64,000 nucleotides of DNA. Source: Paragordius varius. Taxonomy: Eukaryota; Animalia; Nematomorpha. The notes beneath the pieces are model-generated. The model worked only from the letters and a program-made list of their open reading frames with translations. It did no database searches and was not told where the DNA came from. The translations under genes and the position numbers were made by a program. The stretch is taken from positions 5,084,001-5,148,000 of the forward strand of contig OZ176050.1 in assembly GCA_964247055.1 (NCBI GenBank), written 5' to 3'. This document shows positions 18,401 to 39,892 of this stretch, in pieces (the stretch's first letter is position 1; the number at the start of each line of letters is the position of its first letter).

Positions 18401-20562
18401 ATTAACATACTTAACTCAATTTTTCTTGATTGGTAGACTACTTTGTTGAAATTCAAGCCAAACCTGAGGATGATATTCGCCTTACATGCTTTTATGAATC
18501 AGCTTTGCATCGATTGATTCCAAATCACTTGCAGCGGGATAGTCATTCACATCTGGTCACTTGGTTGAGGGACGGATGCCATTTGAATCTTAACAACCTA
18601 ATGAAGCTGGAAAAAGAGGTAGAATAAATTAAAAACCTAATACATTTTGCGTATATATATATATATCAAATAAATTTTGGTGACACGTACTCATCACGAT
18701 TTCGTTAAATTTAGATCGCCAATTGGCCACACACCTCACGATTAACCCTTAGGGGTGCATCTTTATCAGGAGTGTTGAATGATTCGATTTATATGTGTGC
18801 ACTACAAGATGAACTTAAACGAACTGAAATCGTTTATGCATTTGCAATTAGATACGTTAGGAGTTCATCGCTTTATAAATTACCACAAAATTCGATACAG
18901 AGGTCAGAATTTGGGATATCAATATTATTCATGGCAATGCTATTGGCCATTTTTATCTTGCTTTGTTTGACATTTTGGTACAAGAGAGACATTATGTAAG
19001 AATATATAATAAATTCATTAAGCACAAAAATACTCAAATCAAAAGATTTGAGGAATTACTTATTGGTCATGAATATTTACCTTCTGCCATTAAATTTAAG
19101 TCATAAAACACCAAATGTTACGATCTATGTTACTCTTGTAGGAATTGATTCTATATTAATTTTAATGATGTATATAATAAATTTTTTAATGTAATTTGTG
19201 ATAATCTTAATCCATATATTTTAACTTTTTAGATCATCAACACTTGGTGTGAAGAAAATCACCAACCTTTTCAAAACCAATTATGAAAACAACAATATTT
19301 TTGAAGAGAAAGAGGCACTAATTGTATCCAAAACTGAAAATGAATCACAAAAATATCCAACAGAAACAGTCACCGAAAATGCAGTTATAACGGATACCCT
19401 AAAAAATAATACAATGCCCAGCCAAGATCCTCAAGCCAAAATCAAAGACCAAGTTATAACCGAAACGGACTCAACATTGCAAAATATACCAGCAAATGAA
19501 ATTATTATTATAACTTCTGAACCACAAATGGATTTAATAGATTTTACTGAATATGAAGATAGTTTAATGTCCATACCCTCTAGAAATAGCCCAGAAAATA
19601 AATTACCACTAAATATGATTCGTAAAGAGGTATGTCGTTATTGTTGTATTTTAATATCTAAAATAAGAAAAACGATTTATTTTAAATGTTTTGATATTAC
19701 TTTTATTTTAAATTTATAATGGTGTTAGTCTATTTAATGCAAATTAGGTGATCAGATATGAATATTTTTTCCATCATCATTATCTGGCTAGGACAGGCGA
19801 GACATATTTCATAAATAATAGTAAGTCATTACCCTTTGAAATAGGGAAAACGAAACTACAATATATTTAATTTAATTACATATAATATTATATTGATACG
19901 AAATTATTAGGGATTTGAACCCCTAACCGTTTTTACCGTTTTATAACTAAACCGTTCACTAACAGCGACTTTATTAAGCTTCGTGATGTTTTTTATTTTT
20001 TCAATTTCTATGCATTACCCAAAAAACCGAAATCAGAACCATTAATCCACAAAATAGAACTAAAACCTTAAAGAAAAATGATTTGGAACTTCCGCTTATA
20101 ATCATGATTTACGATATTTAGATTGACCCAACACCCTTAAGCAATACAACGTTAGATTCAGCGTCAACCACAGATGTGGCAACCAAATTAAATTTTATGA
20201 GCCGTCCCAAAAAAGATGCCAAACTTCGTCCAAGTTTACGATTGTCTTCCCACAAACTCAAACACGATAAGAATGATACTTTGGCCCAACAAATGTCTGA
20301 TAAAAATACGCCATTTAATAATGCGATGATTAAAGAAAGACGGTACAAAAAATCTTTTGAGCCAGAAATATTGGAACAGGTGCCTTTATTCGATGATAGT
20401 GATATGGACCTTCGTCACAACTTTCGTATGCTAGATCAAATCTTTAAGGAACGCAGTGATGAAGCACCAGTCCATCAATTTAGTATCCTAGATCAAGCAA
20501 AAGAACGTGAAATACAGCGGGACCAACGGAAAATTAGGGCCAAAAAAAGCCAGCGGTCATAA
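9406..20562 (+). CDS. Uncharacterised type I membrane protein: signal peptide, 9x TSP1, 2x laminin-G, Ig, TM, long cytoplasmic tail
   Basis: About 21 phase-compatible exons. Signal peptide MCIHKLIIFIIGLFSILCHG; exon 2 (9632-9689) joins 11746 to give CPINGQWAPWQDWSPC. WxxWxxWxxC/RxRxC repeats at ~11746, 12312, 12591, 12947, 13170, 13805, 14981, 15357, 15983. LamG-like segments at 16299-17350 and 17432-18237. Ig motifs (LTC..W, SRLTL..DSIYMC) at 18437-18860; TM FGISILFMAMLLAIFILLCLTFW at ~18911-18980; tail exons ~19233-19629 and 20122-20562. Confidence 0.82.
14310..14548. mobile_element. hAT-type MITE
   Basis: Imperfect TIRs caagggtatccaa / ttggacaccccag, flanked by an exact 8-bp direct repeat ctgtatat (14302-14309 and 14549-14556). 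Confidence 0.8.
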
Positions 20563-20707
20563 TCATACATTTTATATATTAAAAGGAACTAATAAATACT
20601 GTATAATCTGTTTTTCATAATGATTAGTATTGGGAAATAAATTTCACATCAATTTAGCTTTTTCTTAAATTTTATATGCGTAAAAAATGAATGGTATGCT
20701 ATGTTAA

Positions 20708-21324
20708 ACGTAGTTATATATATATCCTTTACATGGCGACGTATTTCAAAAAATCGATAAATGATCTATTTTACGCATTCTCTTTTCATTCATAATTTTA
20801 TTATTTACCTATTTAAGAGATGCTTAATTATTACAGTTTCCTACGTCATACTCATAATATATGATAGTAATTACAAACAATGTCTTTTAGTTTTTTTTGT
20901 TTAACAAAAGCCAGGGATCATCTTGCTTTGGAGATTTTTTGTGAATGAATTTATTTTATTTACAGAGAAAATGAAGTTTTTTCTTATTCATAAAAAAGGT
21001 TTTCCTAGTCTAAGTTAGAATAATCACTTGTGCTTATAAATGACACTTGTTTATTCTGTTTACATTTAATTGTGATAGTAACACGTAGATTATTTTCCAA
21101 TATACTAAAAAGAAGAACGTCATACGGAAGATTACACACGTCTTATTTATTTTTTTATCATCCGCTAAAGTATATAGATTTGGTGCAGAAAATCGTTATA
21201 TGATATAAATAAGATAGAATTATTGGTAAAAATAGTACGTAGTCCTTTTTTGTATTTATATATATGGTAGAGCGCATGTGCGTGCATAGATAGGTGCACA
21301 AGAGCTAGTTAGCTATTACGTAAT
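20708..21324. promoter_or_regulatory. Candidate bZIP/CRE-type cis-element cluster upstream of EGR
   Basis: Eight ACGT cores, at 20708, 20739, 20843, 21083, 21117, 21138, 21237 and 21318. They include TACGTCA, AACGTCA and the palindrome ATTACGTAAT. Confidence 0.4.
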
Positions 21325-21497
21325 ATAATTAAAAATTAATTTTACCTATGCGTAATGCGTATTGTGTCATGATACATCTCTAATTACCGAATCGTGTATA
21401 CATATATAATGGTTGTCATAAAGGGTCGGAAATTAGATTTGAAAATTTTTGGTCCCAAAAAAATTTGCTGGGATTATTATTCATTGATTGAGATTGA

Positions 21498-22313
<816 letters not shown>

Positions 22314-24458
22314 TTATTTTATCTTAAATGTATGTGTTAACCAGTATATTGGTATTAAATATACTGGGGTTATCATTTGTTGTATTCGCAAAAACGCTTT
22401 TTTGCATGTCGATAAAGTTATTATCTTCGGTTTTATATTATATAAAAATAAATAATAAAAATTGCAATCTGTCTTATCATTCTTTCGAGCGGTCCATAAG
22501 GTGTACTATCTCATGATAACAATATGGTTTTAGATTAACTGTTGCAATATCCCATTTTATAAAAACCACAAAACTCTCAGAGGGCTGAGACAAACATTTT
22601 AATATTACATCTTTTTATGCCACACCGTACATTAATACTTAAAATTTCCATTTAATTGTTTCATTCTCAATTAAGCGTCCATGTTTACTTATCAGCAGGG
22701 CTTTAAGGAATAACCCCAGAATATGTTGAGATTAAATCATAAACCGCCACCCCATAGCCATACATAAGTGCCCATATTTGTTTTTTTTAAAAACAATTGA
22801 AAAATTATGGTTTAAAATCGTAAAAGTTTAACAGCCTGATTACTGATTGAAATAAAAAATCGCTATAAATGCAAATTAAAATAAATTATTATGTGATAAA
22901 CTTTTAATTTCTTACTCTGATTAAAATCGTAAAATGTAATTTTTTAAAACAATAAATTGATAAATGCGACTCGCTTCCCCGTCGACCAATATGGAGACTT
23001 GAGGAAATATGGGAAGGCCATTTAAAATTCCAAATTTTTATGCTGTAAATGGATTAGTACATGCTGAACATTTCAACTCTAAATTAGGTGTAACTCGGAG
23101 ACGCTAAGATGATTATAAAATTTAACAAAGATTTTTGTGGAATATATATCATTTTATATATCTGTTTTGTTTCTTGTATATTTATAATAATTTTGGCTCA
23201 TTGTTTTTAATAATTTCTACTTAAAATAATGTTTTCTATAAAATAATTATATTTTGGCTGATATAAAAGTGATTAGTAATTAAGCATCGAATTAGATCCT
23301 TATCCGTAACACAAAACCTGATAATAATTGAAAAATTAGGCACCAAATTTGTAACGAATTCCAATTTTGAATATTTGATACCGAAATTCCTTAATTGTTC
23401 AAATCAGGGATGCCCGCGCTTTGTTAGGTACGCAAAAGTGCTTAAATGTTAAAAAATGAATTTTAATCAAAAATTTACGATTATTGAGAAGATCTATCCG
23501 AAATAAGGCTCAAAAAAAATAAAAAACAAAAATTATTAAAGCAGCCCGAGAAGATATTTATGTAGGACACCCCTAGTTAAACCAACACCATCTGGTTTAT
23601 ATTATAAAAATTTAGATTCCAACCCAATTCTATTTTCCATTTTGAGGACTCGACGTTTTTAGACCTGGTTTTAAGGCCTTATGGGTTAACACTAAAATGC
23701 CATATGTTTTAAAATTTGACTCATTTATGTCCTTTCTATTATTGTATATCTTAATAAAATAATTATGAAATTTATTCAAAATAGATAAATAACCACAAGT
23801 TTTTTGTTTCTTATATATAGCTTACATATATTGACCTTCTCCACCATTAATTACTCTTGAATATCATAAATCCCGCCTTGAATTCGAATTTACCTTGGAA
23901 CATTTTAAATTCAACCCTGAACTTTGAAATTTATAAATAAACTATGTGGTTTTAAACAAATTAACTAAGCAATATGTGTATCTTCTCTTAAATAATTTAT
24001 TTTATGTCATCAAGTTACATATATTATTATCCTACAATCTCGGCATTTTTGCGTTTATTTTAACACTTGGATACAGCAAATTATTTAGGTCTGGTTTCAA
24101 AATGGGATCGTTGGTCTCATACCTGTTATAAATCAATTATGGAAAATTGAAACCTCATTTAAAAAAACGTAATATTATTTATTTTATGGATAAACCTGAA
24201 CGTGAAATTTTTATAGCACATGTATAATTAAGCTATAAATATCATGAATAAACCACTTTTCCTTTTATAATAAATTAGATGTGATAATTAAATATTATTT
24301 TTGCAAAATTATACAAAAATGATTTAATATCAAATGGCGTCAATTAATTTGACATGGAACTTTTTATCAAAACTAAACTTTATCAGATATTTTGGCTAAT
24401 TTATATGATTTTTATTAGAATAGTCGCATCAATTTAAATCAAAACCGGCCCTTTAAGT

Positions 24459-24770
24459 CAGTGGTTCCCAAAAGGGGGAAACGCCCCCCAAGAGGGCGCA
24501 TAAATATTTAAGGGTGGCACGAAAATTTTGAAACATTTAATTAAAAAATAAAACCAAAAACAAAATCAAGGATTTCAGGTGTGAATCATCAAGATTGGTC
24601 ACTGATATGGAAAAAATATTAAAAAGAAGATATAAAAATATTATTGAAATGGGATTTCTAAATTATTACAATATATTTACATTTTTATATTGGATTTTTT
24701 TGAGTGGGGGGCGCAAAAAATTTTATTTTTAATTTGGTGGAGAGGGAACAAAAAAAGGCTCGAACCATTG
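24459..24770. mobile_element. Old hAT/Charlie-like MITE
   Basis: Ends read cagtggttcccaa and cgaaccattg, with GC-rich subterminal blocks. The flanking 8-mers match at only 5/8. Confidence 0.45.
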
Positions 24771-24938
24771 TTTTAGGCATTTTTTGTAATATCAATTAAT
24801 AAATGGTCTGAGGTCACTAATTACCCCAATATGAATCAATATTTAAATAGTCAATCGTAAATTTAAAATGTTTTTCTCGATGCTCAAATTTTGAAATTTA
24901 AATAACAGATGTTAGTGAATGTACAATAAAATATTTAA

Positions 24939-32338
<7,400 letters not shown>

Positions 32339-32366
32339 AACAAGTTAAATATTATACTAAACCATT

Positions 32367-33395
32367 TCAAGAGATGAATGCAGCAGTGTTTGGTTTTATG
32401 TCTGGTAAATTTAGCATGAGATATGGAGATTTACTTGGATCAAATAAATTTGTGTAAAAATAGTTTCCGATATCCAACTCTTTAGTACATGTGACATTCT
32501 TTTTGTCGACCTTTTGACAATGTTTTAACGAAACCCGGATTGCCATTGAACTTTGGTATTTCTTCAATGATTTTGTTTTCTTTGGCAAACATTGTTTGAG
32601 ATTTAGATCTATCTCCAGTTTTTGATTAATCGTTCCTTTGATGGTTAAGATATCCCTCATTAAAAATACCTTTTTAATATAAAATATAAATGCAGATTAA
32701 TTTGTTGGTTATCAATATATAATATAAATTCTGTAAATATCAAGCTTTCTTAGTATGTGCTTTAAGTTTCAAAACTTAAAAAGTATGATGGATAATTATG
32801 CCGCACACTTTTTAAAAGTTATGAGGAGATAAACAAATTGAGTATTTATCCCAATTTTTATCAAAATTTTTAATGGTGTTAACATTCCCAATAAAATACA
32901 TTAACAAAATATTCGTTTATCAAATAGTCAGGCCTGTCCTGTCAGTGAATCAGGTTGGGCACAGATGAAAATTTATATTTACCTTAATATTGGATTGCAG
33001 CTGATATTTTTTACCATATTATATTTTCAATATCTATCGGATTTACTGGTTTTAATAATAATTATGATTAATTTAATTGTTTTAGTAGTCAATCCATAAT
33101 TATTATATTATATTTTTATTATAAAGCTTAATATAAATTCTACCTTATATATATATTTAAGACCTAGAATAATGGTTTTATCTTTACCCCAAATTTAATT
33201 ATTATTCTGTTTTACTTAAAAATGCTAAAATTACCTGATTATAAGCCCAAACTTTGATCTTGTAAAAATGTTTTTTATCGCATTCCTTTGCTCTTTTAAT
33301 TAAGGAAATGGTTGGCCACAAAACTAAAATAGTTTTCTTTGACTTATACAGGTTGGTTTGAAAACTCATTATTATATTGCTTGCATTATGGACTT
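32367..33395 (-). CDS. Last two exons of an unidentified gene
   Basis: Exon 33235-33395 (EVHNASN..TILVLWP..FYKIKVWAYNQ, FN3-like by eye) splices CAG|gt...ag|GTA to exon 32367-32669, a 100-codon open frame ending in TGA. Confidence 0.55.
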
Positions 33396-33523
33396 CTTTT
33401 TTTAAAAAAAAATCAATATTGATTTTAGAAATGTAAATCATTATGTAACATCGAAATATATTATATATTGAATTTTTTTAAAAAATAGAAAAAGTTTGGC
33501 ATATCACATATAAAGGGTTATAT

Positions 33524-34724
33524 CTGGGGTGTCCGACATGCGGCCTCCCAATACATTATTTTCGGATGGCGAAAAATTTGGCAAAAATATGCTTACAAAA
33601 TCTTGGCAAAAATGATATATAAACCTACAATGCTTAATTGGCAACGAACTAAAAAAATTGTTATATTTGTTTGCATGTTACAATATGTTTTATAATTTTG
33701 TTGCATTTAACAGTTTGTTTGAAATCATATAAAATATTTATTAATGCCCATATAAAGATGGCCTGCCATGCCATTTGTGTCGGACACTGGGTTAGAAATC
33801 TTCGCGGCCATTTTTTTTCTTTCGATTTAAAATCGCTAAGGAAAGAGGCAACTAAATATTTATTAAAAAATAAAGATTAGTTCCAACCTTATTTTATTAC
33901 CAAATTTATCGATTATAAAATCAGGTGTTTGTTTCAATCGATATTTAGAATCCAATTTTTGAATCTCGAAGTTAGAAAATTGCAAAATATATAAGCTTTT
34001 TGCAGGGCCTTGATTATTGAGTTTTTTGCAGGAGCCAGTTTATTGTGCTGAAACCAACCCGATTCCTCCCTAGGAATCAGCCCAGTTTCATTTTAATTTT
34101 TGGAAACCAGGTCGGTACCAACCGTTTACGAACCACCTTGATAGCATTGGCTTTATTATTACAGGATTTTAACCAAAAAACTTTAAAAACAGTAGCTATT
34201 TACAAGTTTTAGTGAAGAACAAAAGTGCTCCAAAAAATCGTCTTCAAAAAAATGAAAAGGTAATGCAGTGCATTTTACATAACATGAGATATACGCGTTT
34301 GACAACGGTAGGAAAAGTGTATTTGCTTTAATTTGGCAATACATCCACGCCAGTGATTAATCAATTAAATTCAGTCAACTTCAATGAACGTATATTAAGG
34401 AATAGTTATAATTACTACATTTCATTGCCCAACACAAATGGCTTAGCGGGCGGCAAAATTAATAAGTGTACCTTTTTTATTATGTTTGACACTCACAACT
34501 CTAAAAAATTAACGAACACAGTTAGATACTATTTATTTCACTAAATTTTACTAGTTTGTTGCAAAAACTTGAAAAGTATCAAATGATTTGTTTAAAAATA
34601 TCAATTTTACTAAAATTTTGTGAACGAGCATAAAAAATTATGGATTTAAAATTTTTGGTATATTATAAGAAAATATTGCGGGCCGCACATAACATCTCAG
34701 AGAGTCACATGTCGGACACCCCTG
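33524..34724. mobile_element. hAT-like non-autonomous element ends
   Basis: ctggggtgtccgacatg (33524) and catgtcggacacccctg (34708-34724) form a 16/17 inverted match. No 8-bp TSD was found. Confidence 0.55.
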
Positions 34725-35415
34725 ATTTCAACAAAATTGGTTAAAAACCTATTTTAGTTACAGCATCTTGCATTTTATGAAAGAATCCCTGCATGATTGT
34801 TAGCCGTTATAATTTTTTTATTTGGCTGCTGAAACAATCCCAAAACTTATAATAATTTTAAAGACCCAAAAAATGTATGGAATAAAAGATCTTGCACCCA
34901 ACAAAAAAACTAAAATTTATATTAAGGTCCTTGTTACAATATTTATATAGTCAATATACACTGCCACTCGCGGGGTATGAAAAGGTAATTTGATTAACCA
35001 TATTTATCGATTCTGATAGATGAATCTATCCGGATAAGAGAGTTATGACCAGTTTTGTGTTACTGGCCCAAATTGCAAAATTTGCGCATGTGATGCTACT
35101 TTTGTTGGTAAAAGCTAAATGCTTAATTCCAAATAATGTGTTAAACGAAACATAAATATCAATACAATAAATTAGGTTTTAATTATTTTGTTCCGAAAGT
35201 CTCATATTCCTCCCCCCTTCCCCTTTAAAATAGGTTAGTACTCTTAAAATAATAATATATGATAGATTATGGCTTAAAAAAATTTATTTTTAGCCAAATT
35301 TTTATGAACCATATTTATTGTATTTTGAAAGATAATCTGTAAACATTTTATTTTTACATACACTCTTATTATATTATTCAATGATGCTGATTATTTTCCC
35401 TTCATTATTTTTATA

Positions 35416-35533
35416 TGGTATAGTAGGCAGGATGCACTCTTACACTGCGTGTTAGCGTTCGAACCGCGAAACTACGCAATTTTTCCATTATCACTGTCCG
35501 CGTTGGGCAGGCAAGTGTTAATGCCTTCACACC
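35416..35533 (+). mobile_element. tRNA-derived SINE-like repeat, copy 1
   Basis: A-box-like TGGTATAGTAGG at 35416 and B-box GTTCGAACC at 35457. The body is shared with 43109-43216. Confidence 0.6.
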
Positions 35534-36540
35534 GGATAATTAAACATAAATTTAGCATTTTCCGCGCAATCTCGATAATTTTGCCTTTATTTTAGATAAA
35601 CTTGCCCACTTTAGACTGGTCCAAAATTCGAACTTTTAAAGCCCACATCTAAGATTTAAGATTTTAAATAATGATTTTCCTATTTTAGGGATACAGTAAA
35701 AATTTAAATTATACGGACAAAGGGTAAAATATAGATAAATATTTTTTTCTAAATACAACCATTTTTTATATCCTATTTTTTTAATATAGCTCATTGTTTA
35801 AAAGGGCAAAATGTGAAATAGAGATATATTATTAACACAATCTACATTTTTCAATTATAAATCAATGATAGGGAAAAAAGGAAATAAATATTGATTATAT
35901 AGTGTTTATAAAAAAATATTATCGAACTGAATGCGTTTCATCCTAAAATGCTCTATTTTGAGAAATTTAAAAAACAATCATTTAAATATATCAATTTACC
36001 ACTTAACCCTATAGAATGATTTTTTCTATGATAACTGTTTTAAAAGGCAAGATATATCTGGGAATTATTTTCATATCGTACTGTGCGATCAAAGAAAAAC
36101 GAAATCGTCTCGATACTTACAATAAATGATGGTTAAAATTTCATTCTCTGCAACATCAACTAAAGCTCTTTTTTATAAAAAACATATACCATGAATATCC
36201 CTTTTAAAATCGTTCCTATACTAGAACAAAAAAATTATAATTGAGATAAAAATTACGATTTTCTCAACCCTTTCAATAATTTTAAGTGAAGGGTTAGTTG
36301 TTAGTGTATTTTCCTTTTTCGATAGATTTCCGACGCCCTTCCCCCACACTTATTTTACTTTTTTGCTAAATATGATATGGTTAATACCATAGAGCTCTTG
36401 TTTTTCCATTCTTTACCAAATATTTATACCCATTTAACGAATAAAAGTAAATTTTTGATAAAATAAAGTACACATGACTGTAATTATGTATAAAAAAATA
36501 TGGAAATTGATTTAAAACGTGTCATAGAATAAATAAAATT

Positions 36541-36590
36541 CGCGAACGGTTTCGGACATTTTAACGTGTGTCCGTCCTCAGCGTAAAAAA
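36541..36590 (-). ncRNA. Putative minimal type I hammerhead ribozyme (inverted arm of the Penelope element)
   Basis: The reverse complement reads CTGAGGA-c-GGACA-cacgttaaaa-TGTCC-GAAA-ccgttcg. Confidence 0.6.
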
Positions 36591-39433
36591 AATTATATAA
36601 ATGAGTATGGATAAAATGGTTCTTTATATACAATTTTTTAAAAACGTTTATTGTTGTTTTTTTCTTAACATATGATAAGTTAAAACCATTTGTCATTGAG
36701 AGTGGTTTAAACCATGTCGAACAAACAATTTATTAAATTTACAACAATATACAAAAAAAAGACACAAAAAATAAATAAGGGACAACAACTTTGAGTGGAA
36801 AACAAAAGAGTCCATATGGGATCAATCATCAAGAATGACTTTCCATATATCACTTATCTTTTGTCCCTCCTCTCGGTTAAAGTTGTTTCCTTTGAGAATC
36901 TCTAATGATTCCCGCGTAAGCCTTTGATTATTATTGAAAATTGTAATGCAACTGTATTGTTAAAGGAAACATTATGATTTTCCTTCCAACAATGTTCCGC
37001 AATACAACTCTTAAAATCTCCATTCTTTATGTTATACTTGTGTTCATTCAGGCGTGTTTTAACTTTCCTTGCGGTTTGGCCGATATATACCTTGCCATAC
37101 TCGCATGGAACTTTATACACCCCTGGATAATTTAATTTGGATTTATTATTATTTGTTAAAAAAGTTTTTAATTTAAGACCTGTAAACTCCACACCAATGT
37201 CAAATTGCTTTAAAGTGTGAGCTATGCGATCGGTGATGTTGGTAATGAACAGTTTAAACACCTTTCTATAGATGACCAACCTAGCTGCTCAAAATACTAC
37301 ATTGAAGGAAATAACAATAAGGAAAAAAACCCCATCAATAAAAATAATTCACATGAATCAATAAAAACAAATCAAGTGACAAACAAAGTTAATAATAACA
37401 ACGAAAACCTGATCGTAAACATGTCAAACATGGTGCTTAATGACCATATGATCTCAATTTTAAATAAAGGCCTAAAATTTACTATTTCTCCCTCAGTTGT
37501 GCCAGTAGTACAAATTATTTCAAACGTTGAAGCAGGTCTCTCTCGTATAGACCCAAAAATAGCTGACATCATCAGAATGCAAGTCGTATCTATCCTAAAG
37601 AACAACAAAGATGAAAGAAGGCGATCAAACATATCACGTGAAGAATATATAACATTAAAAGAGTTGAAAAATAATAATGATATTTTTATTTCAAACTCTG
37701 ACAAAGGAAACCAAGTAGTTATAATGAACTTGTTAGACTATAATCAAAAAATGCAACATATTTTAGAAGATACATCCAAATATAAAAAGATCACACGATG
37801 CCCTTTTTACACATTACACATAAACGTTAAAAAATGATAAAATCATCTCCCATTCCGTCACATTTACACAATTCGTTAATTTCCCAAAGACGCGCAAAAC
37901 GGATGTTCTACTGCGTCCAATTGTATCCACCAAAAATTCATCTCTATATGGTTTGGTACAACATTTATCAGAATAATTGCAACCCTTCTTAAAAAACAAA
38001 TTAAAAAATTCGTTTGAATTTATAGATAAAATAAGGGATATACATGTAGCTGAAACCGATTTATTAATAAGTTTAGATGTGGAGAGCCTCTTTACCAGTG
38101 TACCACTCAAAGATTTAACCCATCTTCTTGAAGATTTAAAGGTGGATGCGAAATATATTTCCCTGATTGAATTTTGTATAAATAATAATTTTTTTGAATT
38201 CAATGATAATTTTTATTTGCAGAAAGACGGGTTACCGATGGGTTCCCCAATTTCCCTTCATTCTAGCTGATCTTTTTATGGAAACATTTGAAAATCAATT
38301 TATACTAAATTATTTTTTAAAACCAAAATTTTATACCCGGTATGTGGACGATATGTTTATAATTTGGCCACATACAAGAACTGATCTCTCCTTATTTTTA
38401 GATTATATAAATTCGAATCCCTTTAACATACGGTTAACCGTCGAATTTGAGGCTAACCGATCACTACCATTTTTAGATGTTCTAATTACTCGAAATGACA
38501 CAATATTGTCATACAGTTTTTATCAAAAACCCACTCATTCCAATACCTATTTACATAAAAGTTCTTACCACAACTCGTTACAAAAAAAGAATGTTTTGAA
38601 AAATCAAATCTTTCGCCGGCTTAAACTGACAGATAATGCAAATAAAAATATTATAACAGAGCGTTTTGTGGAAACCTTTTTAAAAAATGGATATTCTGCA
38701 AACGATATCCATCGATCAATTTTATCACTAAATAATACCAAGGAAAACACCAAAAATTATAAGTTTTTATTTCATTACCATATATACAGAACATCACCGA
38801 TCGCATAGCTCACACTTTAAAGCAATTTGACATTGGTGTGGAGTTTACAGGTCTTAAATTAAAAACTTTTTTATCAAATAATAATAAATCCAAATTAAAT
38901 TATCCAGGGGTGTATAAAGTTCCATGCGAGTGTGGCAAGGTATATATCGGCCAAACCGCAAGGAAAGTTAAAACACGCCTGAATGAACACAAGTATAACA
39001 TAAAGAATGGAGATTTTAAGAGTTGTATTGCGGAACATTGTTGGAAGGAAAATCATAATGTTTCCTTTGACAATGTCAGTTGCATTACAATTTTCAATAA
39101 TAATCAAAGGCTTACGCGGGAATCATTAGAGATTCTCAAAGGAAACAACTTTAACCGAGAGGAGGGACAAAAGATGAGTGATATATGGAAAGTCATTCTT
39201 GATGATTGATCCCATATGGACTCTTTTGTTTTCCACTCAAAGTTGTTGTCCCTTATTTATTTTTTGTGTCTTTTTTTAGTATATTGTTGTAAATTTAATA
39301 ATTGTTTGTTCGACTGGTTTAAACCACTCTCAATGACAAATGATTTTAACTTATCATTTGTTAAGAAAACAACAATAAACGTTTTTAAAAAATTGTATAT
39401 AAAGAACCATTTTATCCATACTCATTAATAATT

Positions 39434-39485
39434 TTTTTTACGCTGAGGACGGACACACGTTAAAATGTCCGAAACCGTTCGCAAA
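39434..39485 (+). ncRNA. Putative minimal type I hammerhead ribozyme in the Penelope 3' UTR
   Basis: CTGAGGA at 39443, a perfect stem II GGACA/TGTCC at 39451-39470, and GAAA at 39471. Stem I is imperfect (tttacg/cgcaaa) and stem III is very short. Confidence 0.62.
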
Positions 39486-39892
39486 TTTTATTTATTCTAT
39501 GACACGTTTTAAATAAATTTCCAATGTGTCGAAAATAATTTATATTCTTCAACTGTAATTATGGTTTAAAAAAGTATGTTTGTCTTTTAGAAAAAAATAT
39601 TTGTCTTTGTATTTTTAAGTTTTGTCCGTATAATTTTAATTACCGTATTTTTTTGGAATTAAGCATTTAACTTTTACGAAAAAATTTGATTTAGCAAAAT
39701 GTGTGCAAATTTTGTCTTTTTTTCAATATAGACCATTAACACAAAAGTGGTAATAATCTTTTATCACTAAGGCCCAAAATCAAAACACCATTAATATTCT
39801 GATACTTCTCTCCACCAGAATATATAGTTTAGGATAGTGTGCACTGTGTACATTATGGTTTTAAATGTGTTAAACAAAACAATATTATCAAA

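Larger units (their letters stand above)
36489..39551 (+). mobile_element. Penelope-like retroelement (RT + GIY-YIG endonuclease), inactivated, with inverted 3' arm at its 5' side
   Basis: RT motifs LNKGLKF, SDKGNQVVIM, LRPIVS, LISLDVESLFTSVP, QKDGLPMGSP, RYVDD, LPFLDV; endonuclease GVYKVPCECGKVYIGQT..RLNEH..IAEH. One in-frame stop (~37975) and at least three frameshifts. 36501-37249 is an inverted copy of 38771-39523. The direct repeat actgtaattatg lies at 36477 and 39552. Confidence 0.95.

Noticed and set aside
37217-39209. Active Penelope element, or programmed frameshifting across its four ORFs
   Set aside because: It has an in-frame stop in the RT, a deletion before the LRPIVS motif and a truncated 5' end, which is consistent with decay.
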